Source: Eledone cirrhosa
Lineage: Eukaryota
DNA: 64,000 bases
Assembly (NCBI GenBank): GCA_964016885.1
Contig: OZ024751.1
Span: 51,336,001-51,400,000 of the forward strand
Direction of reading: 5' to 3'
Program-made: the position numbers and the translations under genes
Notes under the pieces: generated by a model
The model's database searches: none
What the model was told of the DNA's origin: nothing
What the model saw: the letters and a program-made list of their open reading frames with translations, nothing else
Shown: positions 28,646 through 42,645 of the stretch, in pieces
How positions within the stretch are numbered: the first letter of the stretch is position 1
How the letters are laid out: every line of letters starts with the position of its first letter

Positions 28646-30215
28646 TATATGGTTAATGTCCTTTACATAATGTTTTCTATATCCAAACCACCTACAACTT
28701 CATTCTTCAGATTATATCTATATATGATTCATATATATTTAATTTACTTTCTATTATCTCTACTTCATAAATACACTTTTGGGTAATTGCTGGCCTTGTA
28801 CCAAAAGTAGAAACAATTATTACACTTATCAATTGATTATAACCTTTTTATATGACTACTTGAAATTCTTTTAAGTAAAATTTTCCTTGAAAGACTTTCT
28901 GAAGGTTTTAGAAAATGTTTTGAAAGTTCCTTTGAAAGATATGAAAAACCATTATTTTCATATCTTCCAATATTTTATATCTTCAAACATTTTTAATATA
29001 TATCCAAATATTTATATATATGTGGAATAACATATGATTTTTATATATATGTGGAATAACCTATGGTTTATGTTTTAATTATACTCTTAAGATAAATTTT
29101 TAACTTTATAACAATTATGACTTCTTATAAAATAACCTATGGTTTATGTTTTAATTATATTCTTAAGATAAATTTATGAATTCTTATAACATAACATATG
29201 GTTTGTTTTAATTATATTCTTAAGATAAATTTTTTAAAACTTTATAACATTTATGACTTCTCATAAAAATATTTTTTAAAAATTAAGAAATAAAATTTTT
29301 TTTAGAAAGAAGGTTTTTTTAAGGTTTTTTTTATGTATCCTTGGAGTCATTTGAGTTCTTAAAAAAATCACTTCTAACTTCCTTTATACTTCCTTACTGT
29401 TTTTATAATATAATTAAGTAGTTATTCCTTTGTAAACTCTCGTAAATTTTCATAAATTTGGAATTATTTGGATGTTTAAGTTTTGACTTACAACTATTAA
29501 TAAATATAATTTTGTCAAACTTACTTTAATCAAATAAACTATACTTGATTTTCTCTAATGTAAAATACTATATATTTATTCAAATAATTTATAATCCATA
29601 ACATACACATCTAAACGAATATATTATTACTAATACATCCTAATATAATATAAATACTTGTTTTAATTTTAATTTTTAATTTTTAATATTAATATTAAAT
29701 AAAATTTTTAATATTAAGGTAAATTTTAATCTTTAATTTTGATTTTTAATTTTTAATTTTAATTTTAATTTTTTCAACTTATCATTATAAATATTATAAT
29801 CACAACGTAATGAACCATACATTCTAAATATTATTCTTCCACGTTAATCTTATTTCTTCTTTCACTTCTTCTTTCACTTAAATATATTTACGCTCTATAT
29901 TCTTCCATTAATATTTATTTCTTCGTTCATTCTTGACTATCTTCACTATCACTGTGTATAATCGTTCTTTCTTTCCCCTTCTTTCTTTCTCCTTCCTTTT
30001 CTTTTTCTTTTCTTTCTCCCTTACATATCCTCTTCTTCCAACAGTTTAATTTAAATAAACCGTTATCTTTTCAACTTTTCGGTCATTCATTTGCATACTC
30101 ACTCATAACTTTGTATTACCCTCAATAAAATATTATCTCCACTATCCAGGAAGCTCCAACCATTAAGGTTGTCTTTTTTCCTGGTATGTCAATATTTATT
30201 TATAAAACAAATCTG

Positions 30216-30281
30216 TATTTTATCTGATGAAAGCGCACCATAATTTGCCTTGGTTGCCCTTGAAATATATATAATAAAATA
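30216..30281 (+). ncRNA. Type I hammerhead ribozyme in the Penelope-like terminal repeat
   Basis: tattttat-CTGATGA-aagcgcacca...tggttgccctt-GAAA-tatata-TA^ataaaata: 8-bp stem I, palindromic stem III. Mirror copy on the minus strand at ~27979-28044. Confidence 0.85.
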
Positions 30282-30319
30282 AATATGATTTTATAAATAT
30301 AGTTTCCATTTATTAATAT

Positions 30320-30350
<31 letters not shown>

Positions 30351-30883
30351 AAGCTTTCACCGTATTTTTTTACTAAAGAATTTTAGCCTGATAGTGGGTT
30401 TAGAACCCTCAGAGAAATGATGGAAAAAGATGAGTATTGACGTACATTGATGTCAATACTCATCTTTTTCCATTTCTCTGGGGGTTCTAAACCCACTATC
30501 AGGCTAACATTTCTTCAGTCAAAAAATACGATGAAAGCTTCTATTTTCTAATTTCAAACTTACTTGCTGTTTCAAAACATACTTACTTATATATATATAT
30601 ATAGGTAAGTTATTCCGGGTTGAATCGGAGGTAACCACAGTAAGTAAGGTACTCAATACATAGCAGATTATAAAAGTTTTAAAATATAGATGGGATTCTA
30701 CAGGACTAGAACTCTTTCCTTCTTTAGAAATCATTCTAAAGAATGAAACAGTTCTAGTGCTGTAGAATCTCATCTATATTATATATATATAAGTAAGTAT
30801 AACCATGTCCATTACGAGCTGAGGATCCGTTAAGGTGAAATAATTGTTCTCGGTATGGTGAACTAACTGTTGTGTAACCACTT

Positions 30884-30923
<40 letters not shown>

Positions 30924-31215
30924 AAAAAAAGATGAAATCGAAAATGCAACTGGAGTCTTATTTTTAAAAAAATATATATATTTATTTGGTGAGAAAAACC
31001 ACAGATGTGAGAAAAACCACAGACCCTCCATCTCAACTCTACTTTTGAAAAGCAGAAGAACTGCGAAACCAGTAAAGGAACCAAATAAATATATATATTT
31101 TTTTTTTAAATAAGACTCCAGTTGCATTTTCGATTTCATCTTTTTTTCTTTATACTTTCACTCGTGTAGGACACCTCAGTTATTTTTCATTTTATAAAAA
31201 AAACCTCACTTTCTA

Positions 31216-31218
<3 letters not shown>
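30351..31218. mobile_element. Cluster of three fold-back insertions separated by (TA)n
   Basis: Hairpin 30351-30540 (~90-bp arms); family B fold-back 30608-30780; arms 30918-30990/31080-31153 enclosing a decayed hammerhead-like ttgaaaa-gcag-aagaa-ctgc-gaaa-ccag-ta (31045-31074). Confidence 0.7.
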
Positions 31219-31253
<35 letters not shown>

Positions 31254-31503
31254 CAGTAGCTTCTGGTATAGGTATATGTGTGGAAGTCTACACATACACT
31301 TACATACAAATATATATGTATATATGTGGGTTAGTTTTTCATCACTTCATAAAACATAGTCTATTTGTCTGGCCATCTAGCTAGCTATGTAATCCATATA
31401 TATATATATTTATATTTATATATATATTTATATGTATATATATATTTATATGTATATATATATCTATGTAATCCAGATATATATACATTATATCAATAAC
31501 ATT

Positions 31504-31604
<101 letters not shown>

Positions 31605-31823
31605 TACACACACAGACACACATACACTGATTGAATGTTATAATGGGTGGAGGAAGAATGAGCGTGACAGCATGTGTATACCTGTGAGTATGTATTTTAT
31701 TTGTGCATTTCTCAGTGTGTATGTGTATGTGTGTTTGTGTGGGTGTAGTTTCCGGTTGACTGAGATTAATTCAGCCGACTTGTGTTCAATGTTTTCTTTT
31801 TCGATTGACCTAGATATCTGCAA

Positions 31824-31879
<56 letters not shown>

Positions 31880-31883
<4 letters not shown>

Positions 31884-32097
31884 ATAAATGGAAACTATAT
31901 TTATAAAACCATATTTATTTTATTATATATATTTCAAGGTCGTGGAGGTGCCACGGCAAAAAAGTACCAAGCACTCACTGTAAATGAGGTTGGTGTTAGG
32001 AAGGGCATCCAGCTGTAGAAATCAAGCCAGAATCAGTTCCAGTCCCACCCTTGCAAGCAGGGAAAAAGCGGACGTAAAATGAAATGAATGAAATGAT
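31880..32097. mobile_element. Family A terminal-repeat tip (minus) fused to the 3' part of a SINE (plus)
   Basis: 31880-31940 matches 27945-28002; 31939-32097 matches the SINE tail. Confidence 0.75.
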
Positions 32098-32131
32098 ACA
32101 TATATATATATATATATACATATATACATAT

Positions 32132-32172
<41 letters not shown>

Positions 32173-32821
32173 TACATATGTATGTGTCTATGTATGCTTG
32201 TACGCATGTCATGTATGAATCCATGTGTGTACACATATGTACATACTTACATACACACACATACATACATACACACCACACATACATATGTCCATACACA
32301 CATACACATGCATACATACACACATACACATACCTTACATTACATAGATAACTACATAGTTGATGTTGTCTAAAGTTCAATAAAGGAGACATATTTCTAA
32401 GATGGAGATTGACTCTTTGTCTATCGGTGAGAAATTTGACAAGATCAAATCTGAAGAACATACATTATTCTTATTTTTACTTGTAAGAAAATTCCCAACA
32501 CCTTCCCCAAACACCACAGCATCCATTCTGCCAATACCACCTCAGCATCACCATCATTTAACTTCCATCTTCTCTGTTACAAAGGATTGGACAGGACTTC
32601 ACACACCATATAAGAAATTACGTGGAACTACTGACCTCTTGGATAGACCAGGAGCCTGCATCTTCCTTACAAATGTTCCCTCATTCTGTCAAGTGTATTT
32701 TACCATTGCATCAGTACTAGGAAGGTTATCATGTCTTTGGAAGTACTGAAGAGTCTACCTGACCCTTTGAATAGTGGAGGCGTTAGGTTTGTGTGTAACA
32801 TATACAAACATACACACATAT

Positions 32822-33200
32822 GCATACATGAGGATTGCAGCAACTTCACAGACGATTGCTGTCTCTCATTGATTCTTCGTTATCATCCTATCTGCATCCA
32901 TGACTTCATAGATGACTTCGTAGACCAGCTGTAGATCTGCATGGTTTATGGCACAGGTTACAGAAGAGAGTTGTGCTTTCCACAGGACCAGTGGGGTCAT
33001 CCTGTGGGACACATACATATGACTGAATTTGGATTTGTGGACAAAAAGCACCAGCTCTCTAATTCATAGACTACAAATGGCCACAATAGCTGGCACCTTC
33101 AAAATTTGCAAAATATTCTTGCAATTCAAGGATGACAACTTCTTTTACAACCTTGCCACCAGAAAGGTGGCCAGTCAAAAGTGTACTTGAAATTAATAGA
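32822..33200 (-). mobile_element. Decayed RTE-like LINE 3' end with C-terminal C2H2 finger
   Basis: Minus strand reads FCNLCHKPCRSTAGLRSHL*SHGCR*, matching the CxxC..C.S..GL.SH...H terminus of RTE ORFs. Confidence 0.6.
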
Positions 33201-33221
33201 AAGAGAAACTCACACACACAC

Positions 33222-33316
<95 letters not shown>

Positions 33317-33618
33317 TACATACATACCTTAGTATTGGGGCAACAGATATTGCAATATAATGGTTGATTAATGGAACTGGGACAAAACTTAAGTCAACAA
33401 AGGAAGATGAAGACATGAAACACCAGAAATATATCTACAGAACTATAGAACTACTACAAACCAATTTTCTTAGAGACTGTTTATTAAGAACCTTTCATTG
33501 TTGACTTTAAATAAATATTCAATGAAATGTCATTTCCGAAAATTTCCAAAAGAATTTTCATCATCTGTATGCGTGTGCACATGCGTATATATATATATAC
33601 ACACACAGACAAACAGAC

Positions 33619-33650
<32 letters not shown>

Positions 33651-33673
33651 GACGTTAAACGATGATGATGCTG

Positions 33674-33706
<33 letters not shown>

Positions 33707-34119
33707 TATACATACATACACAGAGTCAAACACAGACATACATATATATACATACACACACAGAGTCAAACACAGGCATATATATATATATGTGTATGTA
33801 TGTATGTATGTATGTATGTATGCATGTGCCTGTCCATTGCTTGCTATTCCAACAGGCGGATGTGATTGGATATTATTGAAGCAGATCCGTAAATACATTC
33901 CTATAGACAGAAGAGAAAGAATAGTGGAGAGGAGGGGGGGGGGGAACGGGAGGAAAACGGAAATACTGTCTTGTGTACTGGGATATTACTGTAGGATTAA
34001 CAACATTTTGTACAGTTACAGCCCTACTTATAATCAAATATACATATATACAGACATTTACATTCATACATATGTACACATAAATATACATAAAAACTTC
34101 ACTACACATACACACTCTC

Positions 34120-34186
<67 letters not shown>

Positions 34187-34585
34187 CTACACAAACATCC
34201 ACATCCACATATAAACTCATACATGCACATAAAAGCATACATACACACACTTTTACACAAACACTTTTCATATGCATACAAGCATATATATATATGCACA
34301 TGTGCATGGGTATGTAACTATATGTGCATGTATGTATGCGTTTATGTGCATGTATGAGTGTGTGTGGATGTGGATGTTTGTGTAGGTGTATATAAATATA
34401 TATATATATACAATGCAGGATGATACAATGGCAATGTAACATTTGAGGGAATGTAATTAAACACTGAATCATTAATGAGATGCATGGTATATACAGATCC
34501 AGTTAAGTTCATACATCTATATACACACTCTCACGCGCAAAACCTACATATGTATGCACACATACACACACATGTACATACATAC

Positions 34586-34634
<49 letters not shown>

Positions 34635-34974
34635 GAAAACTCACCTTCCCATACGCATGGGCTGAATCAAAGATCTTGTATGCACTACCTTCCCCCTCCC
34701 TATCCATACACCTACACATCCTAACACCCCTTCCAGCGTTCTAACACAGAAAGGGAAGGTGCGAGTATCTTACTTAAAAGCAAATAAAAACAAGATGCTG
34801 CTGCTCCTTGTCATGTATGAGGGAGTATTTCATAGGGTGTGTTTTGGGTGTTTTCATGATAGGGGCCTAACATGTCACTATTTTTCCAGCAACACAAGGT
34901 GGGATTTGAATTCAGAATGTAAAAAGCCAGAATAAATACTACAAGGTATCCCAGTTAACAATGTTATAATTCTG

Positions 34975-35230
34975 TAACACCAACATCTACAACTACAATA
35001 GTAACAACAACAACAGTAAAAACAACTGTAGCAACAACAACAGTAACAACAATAACACCCACAACAGCAGCAGCAACAACAACAACAATAACAACAACCA
35101 CAACAACTACAGCAGTAACAACAACAACTGCAGTAACAACAATAGTAAAACCAACACCCACAACAAGAGCAACAACAACTACAGTAACAACGATAATAGC
35201 CACAACGACTGCAACAGTAACAACACCAAG
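34975..35230. repeat. (CAA)/(CAG) degenerate trinucleotide repeat
   Basis: Direct inspection. Confidence 0.9.
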
Positions 35231-36270
35231 AACATTATTGTTGTTTTTTTTCACTTCATTTCCCTGTTGACCAGATTCCAACAATATTGTTTCATCTTTT
35301 ATCTATTTTATCTATTGATTTATTGATCTGCCAAACTGTTTCTATCATTAGATAATCCATGAGTTAGGGTGAGATTGAAATAGCTACAGCACCTTTCTCC
35401 CAGTCTTTATGAAACATTGATTATGGTGAGGTCAGTTTTCATACATGCCCTACATCAGCAATCAGACGAATGGTCAAATTACATCCACTTTAATTAGAAC
35501 TAATTAATTATGCATGTGTTTGAGTGGGTGGTTTTTGTGCTATAAATATATCACATTTTACTTTCATCATACCGCCGACAGCCAGCCATGTAAGATCATA
35601 TGACAGACATCAAATGAACCAATGAGATGTGGGTGGGTTAAAGTGGAGAAAGGGGTGGGGATGTAGGGGGAACAATGAGTCAATGAGGAAAGCTCGAGGA
35701 ATGATGAGGGAGCCTGTTGTCTTATTTTCTCAACATACTAGAAACAGCAGTCAAATATCCCTATAATTGCATACCTTTATACCTTTTAGGATGTCCATCC
35801 ATCCCACTGTATAGTGGTCCTGTAAAAGACACGGCAAAAAGCACCCAGCACACACTGTGTTTGGCGTTAGGAAGGGCATCCAGCCATAGAAAACTAGCCA
35901 GAAACAGTCTATATTAGGGAGACATGATCACCCGACCCAACTTGCCTCTAAATGGGACAAACCCATCTAACCCATGCTAGCGTGGAAGATGGACGTTAAA
36001 TGATGATGATGATGATGATGATGATGAGATAACTGTTATTTTTATTAGCCATCATTGATTATACAAGATTAATTTTATAAAAGGTCTTATTTGTCTCCCC
36101 TGAAATGACAAAGAATGTGTCACAGTGTGTCACCATAATTCGATTTAATTAATTATGAGGTGCCAAGTGTAATGATTGTGTATATGTTTAGCGATAAATG
36201 CCATATCTCTTAGCATATATAACATTGTAGATCACGCGGTTAGACAAAGAGATATTGACATCTGTTAAAT

Positions 36271-36542
36271 AAGAGGTTCTCAAAGTGGGCACTGGGTGGG
36301 GTGGGGGCGGTAGAGATGATATAATAGTATATCAAATATCAAATGATACATATTATATATAAATATAGTAAAATAAAAAGATTATTATATTTATTTATAC
36401 ATAGTATATATTATATTATATTATTTATTATATATTATTTACAATTTGCATGTAGGCAGGTCTCTGTGGAAATAGGGGTGGGGGGACGCTGAGGGTATTA
36501 CGTAGCCTTGGGAGGGGGGTCCAGAAAGTTTGAGAACCTCTG
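36271..36542. mobile_element. hAT (Charlie-like) MITE
   Basis: TIRs agaggttctcaaa / tttgagaacctctg and a perfect 8-bp TSD tgttaaat (36263-36270, 36543-36550). Confidence 0.9.
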
Positions 36543-37586
36543 TGTTAAATAGTATGAAATAAGTTCTACATTATATCTCCCTAGTAGAATTGTTAGTTAT
36601 GGTCTTTTATGTTCTGTTCATCCTACCAGGATTGTTAAAATAAGGTACCAATCAAATACTGGTACTAATTTAATCGAAGATTGAGAGAGGAAGAGGACAA
36701 GAAGTGACTGGAAGAAGGAAATAAAGGTGATGTACAAGACTAGTTCACACACACATCTTCACCCTTAGAAGTTCTCAGAGCAGCAAAAGGGTTTTACATG
36801 ATTTAATTGAGAGTACCATTTTAAAACGCAGAATCATGCAACAGACAAAAATAAATCTTTCTGCTGGTGTGATGTGTGTGTGATAAAAGAAACAGAACAG
36901 ATGAATAGGTAGGCAGATCTGAGAGCAAAGTAAAGTGCATCCTATTGACACCAAGCCACTACTAGAAAGAACAGCAAAATGTCAGAAGAGAACTGAACAG
37001 TTAGACACAGATAGACACCAGGTCTCTGATAGAAAGAACAATAAAATAAAATAACGGGCAACAGAAGTGGCAACAAACGGAAGTGACAGTAGGAGCAGCA
37101 AGTAGAAGGGAGAAGCGTAGAGTGAGGGAGAGAGAGAGAGAAAGCACAAAATAATGTATAGTGGGCCTCAAGCTGTTTTCAATCTTTTCTATATTTCGTC
37201 TGACCGTCACCCACTTCATGGAGCGTCTCTCTGCCAATCTCTGGCCACTGGTCTCTGTCCTCTGAGGCAATTTTGCCCATCGCTGTCATTGACAGCATTT
37301 GGCTGTTTTGACAGCTCTTCTAGTATTGAGTTTTCTCATTTTTCAATGAACATATATATATATATATAATATATATATATAATATATATATATCAAACAT
37401 ATATATATATAATATATATATCAAACATATATATATATGTATATATAACATATATATATATCAAACATATATATATATATCAAACATATATATATATCAA
37501 ACATATATATATCAAAATATATAATATATATATCAAACATATATATATCAAAATATATATATATATATCAAACATATATTTATATA

Positions 37587-38395
37587 TAAATATAAGTATG
37601 TATACGTACATACATATATGTATACAGACGTACAGTAGCATGTATATACATACATACATGAACACATACATATATGTACATATGGGTTTACCTAACATTT
37701 ATTATAATAAACTACTTCATCGTTCCTTTGTCAGTGTTGAACAAAATGGCAACAATGGTTGCCGAACACCGTACGGCTAATAATTTGGGCTGTTTGTTTA
37801 CAAACAAACCGAACATTAAAATAAATGTTCAGTAAACCCATACATACATATATATCTGTATGTATGTATATACATACTACTGTACATCTGTATACATATA
37901 TGTATGTACGTATACATACTTATATTTAAATATCAGCCATACTACGAGTGAGAAATGAAATTTCATTTTTTCCATTTATCGCGTTTGGTACGCCCAGCCG
38001 ACTAACTCACTCGATATGCAAATTAAGCTGCTCAGCCGTTAATAGGCATAAGGAAAGCATATACTTTCAAACGTTCAATCTACTGACAGAAAGGTATACG
38101 GTGCTGATGACAGCTAATAAAGTAGAAACTAGTTGATCGTTCCTTTGTCAGTGTTGAACAAAATGGCAACGATGGTTGCTAAACACTGTACGTCTTAATT
38201 CGGGCTGTTTGTTTACAAACAAACCGAACATTATAATAAATGTTAGGTAAACCCATACATACATATATATATATGTGTGCATGTATGTATGTATATACAT
38301 ACTACTGTAGGTCTGTATACATATATGTATGTACGTATATTTAAGTATCAGCCATACAAAGAGTGAGAAATGAAATTTCATTTTTTTCCATTTAT
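37587..38395 (+). mobile_element. Second, diverged retrozyme-like element (~417-bp unit; inverted arm plus ~1.6 units)
   Basis: Colinear homology with the 472-bp unit. Inverted arm 37587-37708; the atcgttcctttgtcag block recurs at 37719 and 38136; hammerhead core ctgatga at 38104 with gaaactagtt. Confidence 0.85.
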
Positions 38396-38873
38396 ATATA
38401 TATATATAGATATATATATATAACATATATATATATATATATATATATATAGCATATATATATAACATATATATGTGTGTGTCGGAGTGAGGTATACATC
38501 CGTGTACTTGAATGTGAGTGAGCAATTAGGTGAAGATGCCATTAAGCTATCAAATGATTTTTTTGATCTTCTCCCCAAAGTAGCAGCAGCAGTAGCACCA
38601 CCACCACCACCACCACAACAACAACAACAACACAAACACTCCTACCAATACCATAACCATCTCTACAACGATTACAACAACCATTACTTCCCCACCATCA
38701 CCAACATCACTGCCTTTATTTCGTAATTCGTCATTGTATTGTTATTGAATGAAGTCATTCTGCATGTAAAGGTTTATTGCTGTTGACATGTGAATGCATA
38801 TATATATGTATATATATATATACATATATATATATATACACATATATATATATATACACATATATATATACAC

Positions 38874-38968
<95 letters not shown>

Positions 38969-39281
38969 TATATGTATATATACATATATATATACATATA
39001 TATATGTATATATATATATATACATATATATATACATATATATATGTATATATATATACATATATATATACATATATATATACATATATATATACATATA
39101 TATATGTATATATATATATATATATACATATATACATACATATATGTATATATATATATATACATATATATATACATATATATATACATATATATATGTA
39201 TATATATATACATATATATATACATATATACATATATATATGTATATATATATACATATATATATATACATATATATATAC

Positions 39282-39792
39282 AGGAACGAAGCTTGCATGC
39301 TCCGCTGGATGTGTAACAGTAATATACGTGAACGGCAAAGCATAAACGAACTAAGGAAAAAATTAGAAATAAGAGGGATCAGATGTTGTTTACTCGAGAG
39401 AAGGCTACGTTGGTACGGTCACGTGATGCGCATGAAAGACGACAGCTGTATAACAAAGTGCAGGGCAATAAAGATAGACGGTAGCCACGGAGTAGGCAGA
39501 CCCAGAAAAACATGGGACGAGCTGATAAATTCCAACCTCACACGCTTACACCTCTCCAAGACAATGTCACTGGACCGAGACCTTTGGCGGTACTCAGTAA
39601 TAGAGAAGACCCGCCTTACCTAAATACAAAGTAAAAACCTACTACAGTCAGTAGGCATCTCTATCAAAACACCCGCCAGACAGTCCTATGCGAGCAAGAC
39701 AACCACTCTTGCCTCAGGTGGGAAAACCCCCGTCCAAACCCATGCAAGCATGGAACACGGACGCTAAACCTGATGATGATGATGATGATGAT
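39282..39792 (+). mobile_element. RTE LINE 3' fragment
   Basis: [13 protein letters not shown]...[15 protein letters not shown]...EKTRLT*, nearly identical to the 58094 copy. The UTR is internally deleted; (GAT)n tail. Confidence 0.92.
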
Positions 39793-39873
39793 ATATACAT
39801 GTATATATACATATATACATATATATTTATATATATATACATATATGTATACATATATATATACATATATACA

Positions 39874-39905
<32 letters not shown>

Positions 39906-39914
39906 CATATATAT

Positions 39915-39959
39915 ATTCTTTTACCTGTTTCAGCCATCCGGCTGAGGCCATGCTGGGGC

Positions 39960-39960
<1 letters not shown>
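39915..39960 (-). mobile_element. CR1 3' tip
   Basis: Reverse complement of tgccccagcatggcctcagccggatggctgaaacaggtaaaaga (43597-43640). Confidence 0.8.
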
Positions 39961-40004
<44 letters not shown>

Positions 40005-40048
40005 CATATATATATACATATATATATACATATATATATATACATATA

Positions 40049-40100
<52 letters not shown>

Positions 40101-40468
40101 CATATATATATGTATATATATATATATACACATATATATATACATATATATACACATATATATATACATATATATATGTATATATACATATATATATACA
40201 TATATATATACATATATATATATACATATATATACATATATATATACATATATATATTTTTATATATATACATATATATATGTATATATATAGTTTTAGT
40301 GGTTACCTCCGATTCAACCCGGAATAACGTATATGTATATATATATATATACATATATATATACATATATATATATACATATATATATACATATATATAT
40401 GTATATATATATATATATATACATATATATATACATATATATATACATATATATATACATATATATAC

Positions 40469-40519
<51 letters not shown>

Positions 40520-40574
40520 CATATATATATGTATATATATATATACATATATATATGTATATATATATATATAC

Positions 40575-40607
<33 letters not shown>

Positions 40608-40832
40608 TATATATATACATATATATACACATATATATATACATATATATGTATATATATATATATATATACATATATATATACATATATATATACATAT
40701 ATATACATATATATATACATATATATATTTTTATATATATACATATATATATGTATATATATATACATATATATATGTATATATATATATACATATATAT
40801 ATATACATATATATATATACATATATATATAC

Positions 40833-40873
<41 letters not shown>

Positions 40874-40908
40874 CATATATATATACATATATATATACAT
40901 ATATATAC

Positions 40909-41018
<110 letters not shown>

Positions 41019-41446
41019 GTATATATATATATACATATATATATGTATATATATATATATACACATATATATATACATATATATACACATATATATATAC
41101 ATATATATATGTATATATACATATATATATATACATATATATATACATATATATATACATATATATACATATATATATTCATATATATATTTTTATATAT
41201 ATACATATATATATGTATATATATATACATATATATATGTATATATATATATATATATATACATATATATATGTATATATATATTTATATACATATATAT
41301 ATGTATATATATATATATTTACATATATATATGTATATATATATATACATATATATACATATAAATATTTACATATATGTATGTATATATATATATATAT
41401 GTATGTGTATATACATATATATATATGTATATATATACATAAAAAC

Positions 41447-41501
<55 letters not shown>

Positions 41502-41669
41502 GTATATATATATATACACATATATATACATATATATATGTGTATATATATATACATATATATATACATATATATATATACATATATATACATATATATA
41601 TATGTGTATATATATATATATACATATATATACATATATATATGTGTATATATATATATATATATACAT

Positions 41670-41819
41670 ATACGGTATGTCGAATATATTTATCTATAAA
41701 ACTGTTTATATTGTATTTTGTCTGATGAAGGCATAGCATATTGTTAATATGATATCCCCGAAATATATATAATGAAATAAATATGGTTTTATAAATATAG
41801 TTTTCCATTTATTTAATAT

Positions 41820-41822
<3 letters not shown>
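41670..41822 (+). mobile_element. Family A-related terminal repeat with hammerhead (41714-41779)
   Basis: tattttgt-CTGATGA-agg...catatt-gtt-aatatg...ccc-GAAA-tatata-TA^atgaaata; the downstream sequence matches 30281-30324. Confidence 0.8.
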
Positions 41823-41852
<30 letters not shown>

Positions 41853-41874
41853 GTATATATATACATATATATAC

Positions 41875-41914
<40 letters not shown>

Positions 41915-41942
41915 ATGTGTGTATATATATATACATATATAT

Positions 41943-41974
<32 letters not shown>

Positions 41975-42153
41975 ATACATATACATACATATATATATAT
42001 ATGTATGTATATATATATATACATATATATACATACATATATATGTGTATATATATATATATATGTGTATATATATATATATCTATACATACATATACAT
42101 ATATATATATGTGTATATATATATATACATACATATACATATATATATATGTG

Positions 42154-42190
<37 letters not shown>

Positions 42191-42341
42191 GTATATATAT
42201 ACATATATATATATATGTGTATATATATATATATACACATATATATATGTATATATATATGTATATATATATATACACATACATATATATATGTATATTT
42301 ATGTATATATATATACACATATATATATATGTATATATATG

Positions 42342-42395
<54 letters not shown>

Positions 42396-42494
42396 TATAT
42401 ACATATATATACATATATATATATGTGTATATATATATACATATATATACATATATATATATATGTGTATATATATATATATACATATATATAC

Positions 42495-42557
<63 letters not shown>

Positions 42558-42645
42558 CACATATATATATATATATGTATATATATATACACATATATAT
42601 ATATGTATATGTATGTATATATATATATATACACATATATATATA

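Larger units (their letters stand above)
27850..30324 (+). mobile_element. 5'-truncated Penelope-like element with inverted terminal repeats (family A)
   Basis: 27936-28229 is the reverse complement of 30031-30324. Between them lie a GIY-YIG coding remnant and a long AT-rich 3' region; a hammerhead sits in each arm. Confidence 0.9.

Noticed and set aside
30385-30420. Hammerhead in the long hairpin (ctgatag-tgggtt-tag-aaccc...gaaa)
   Set aside because: The core deviates from CUGANGA and the GAAA spacing does not fit.
32866-33051. Mariner transposase HTH-like ORF (…EVMDADRMIT…)
   Set aside because: Another frame on the same strand gives a clearer RTE C-terminal C2H2 motif.
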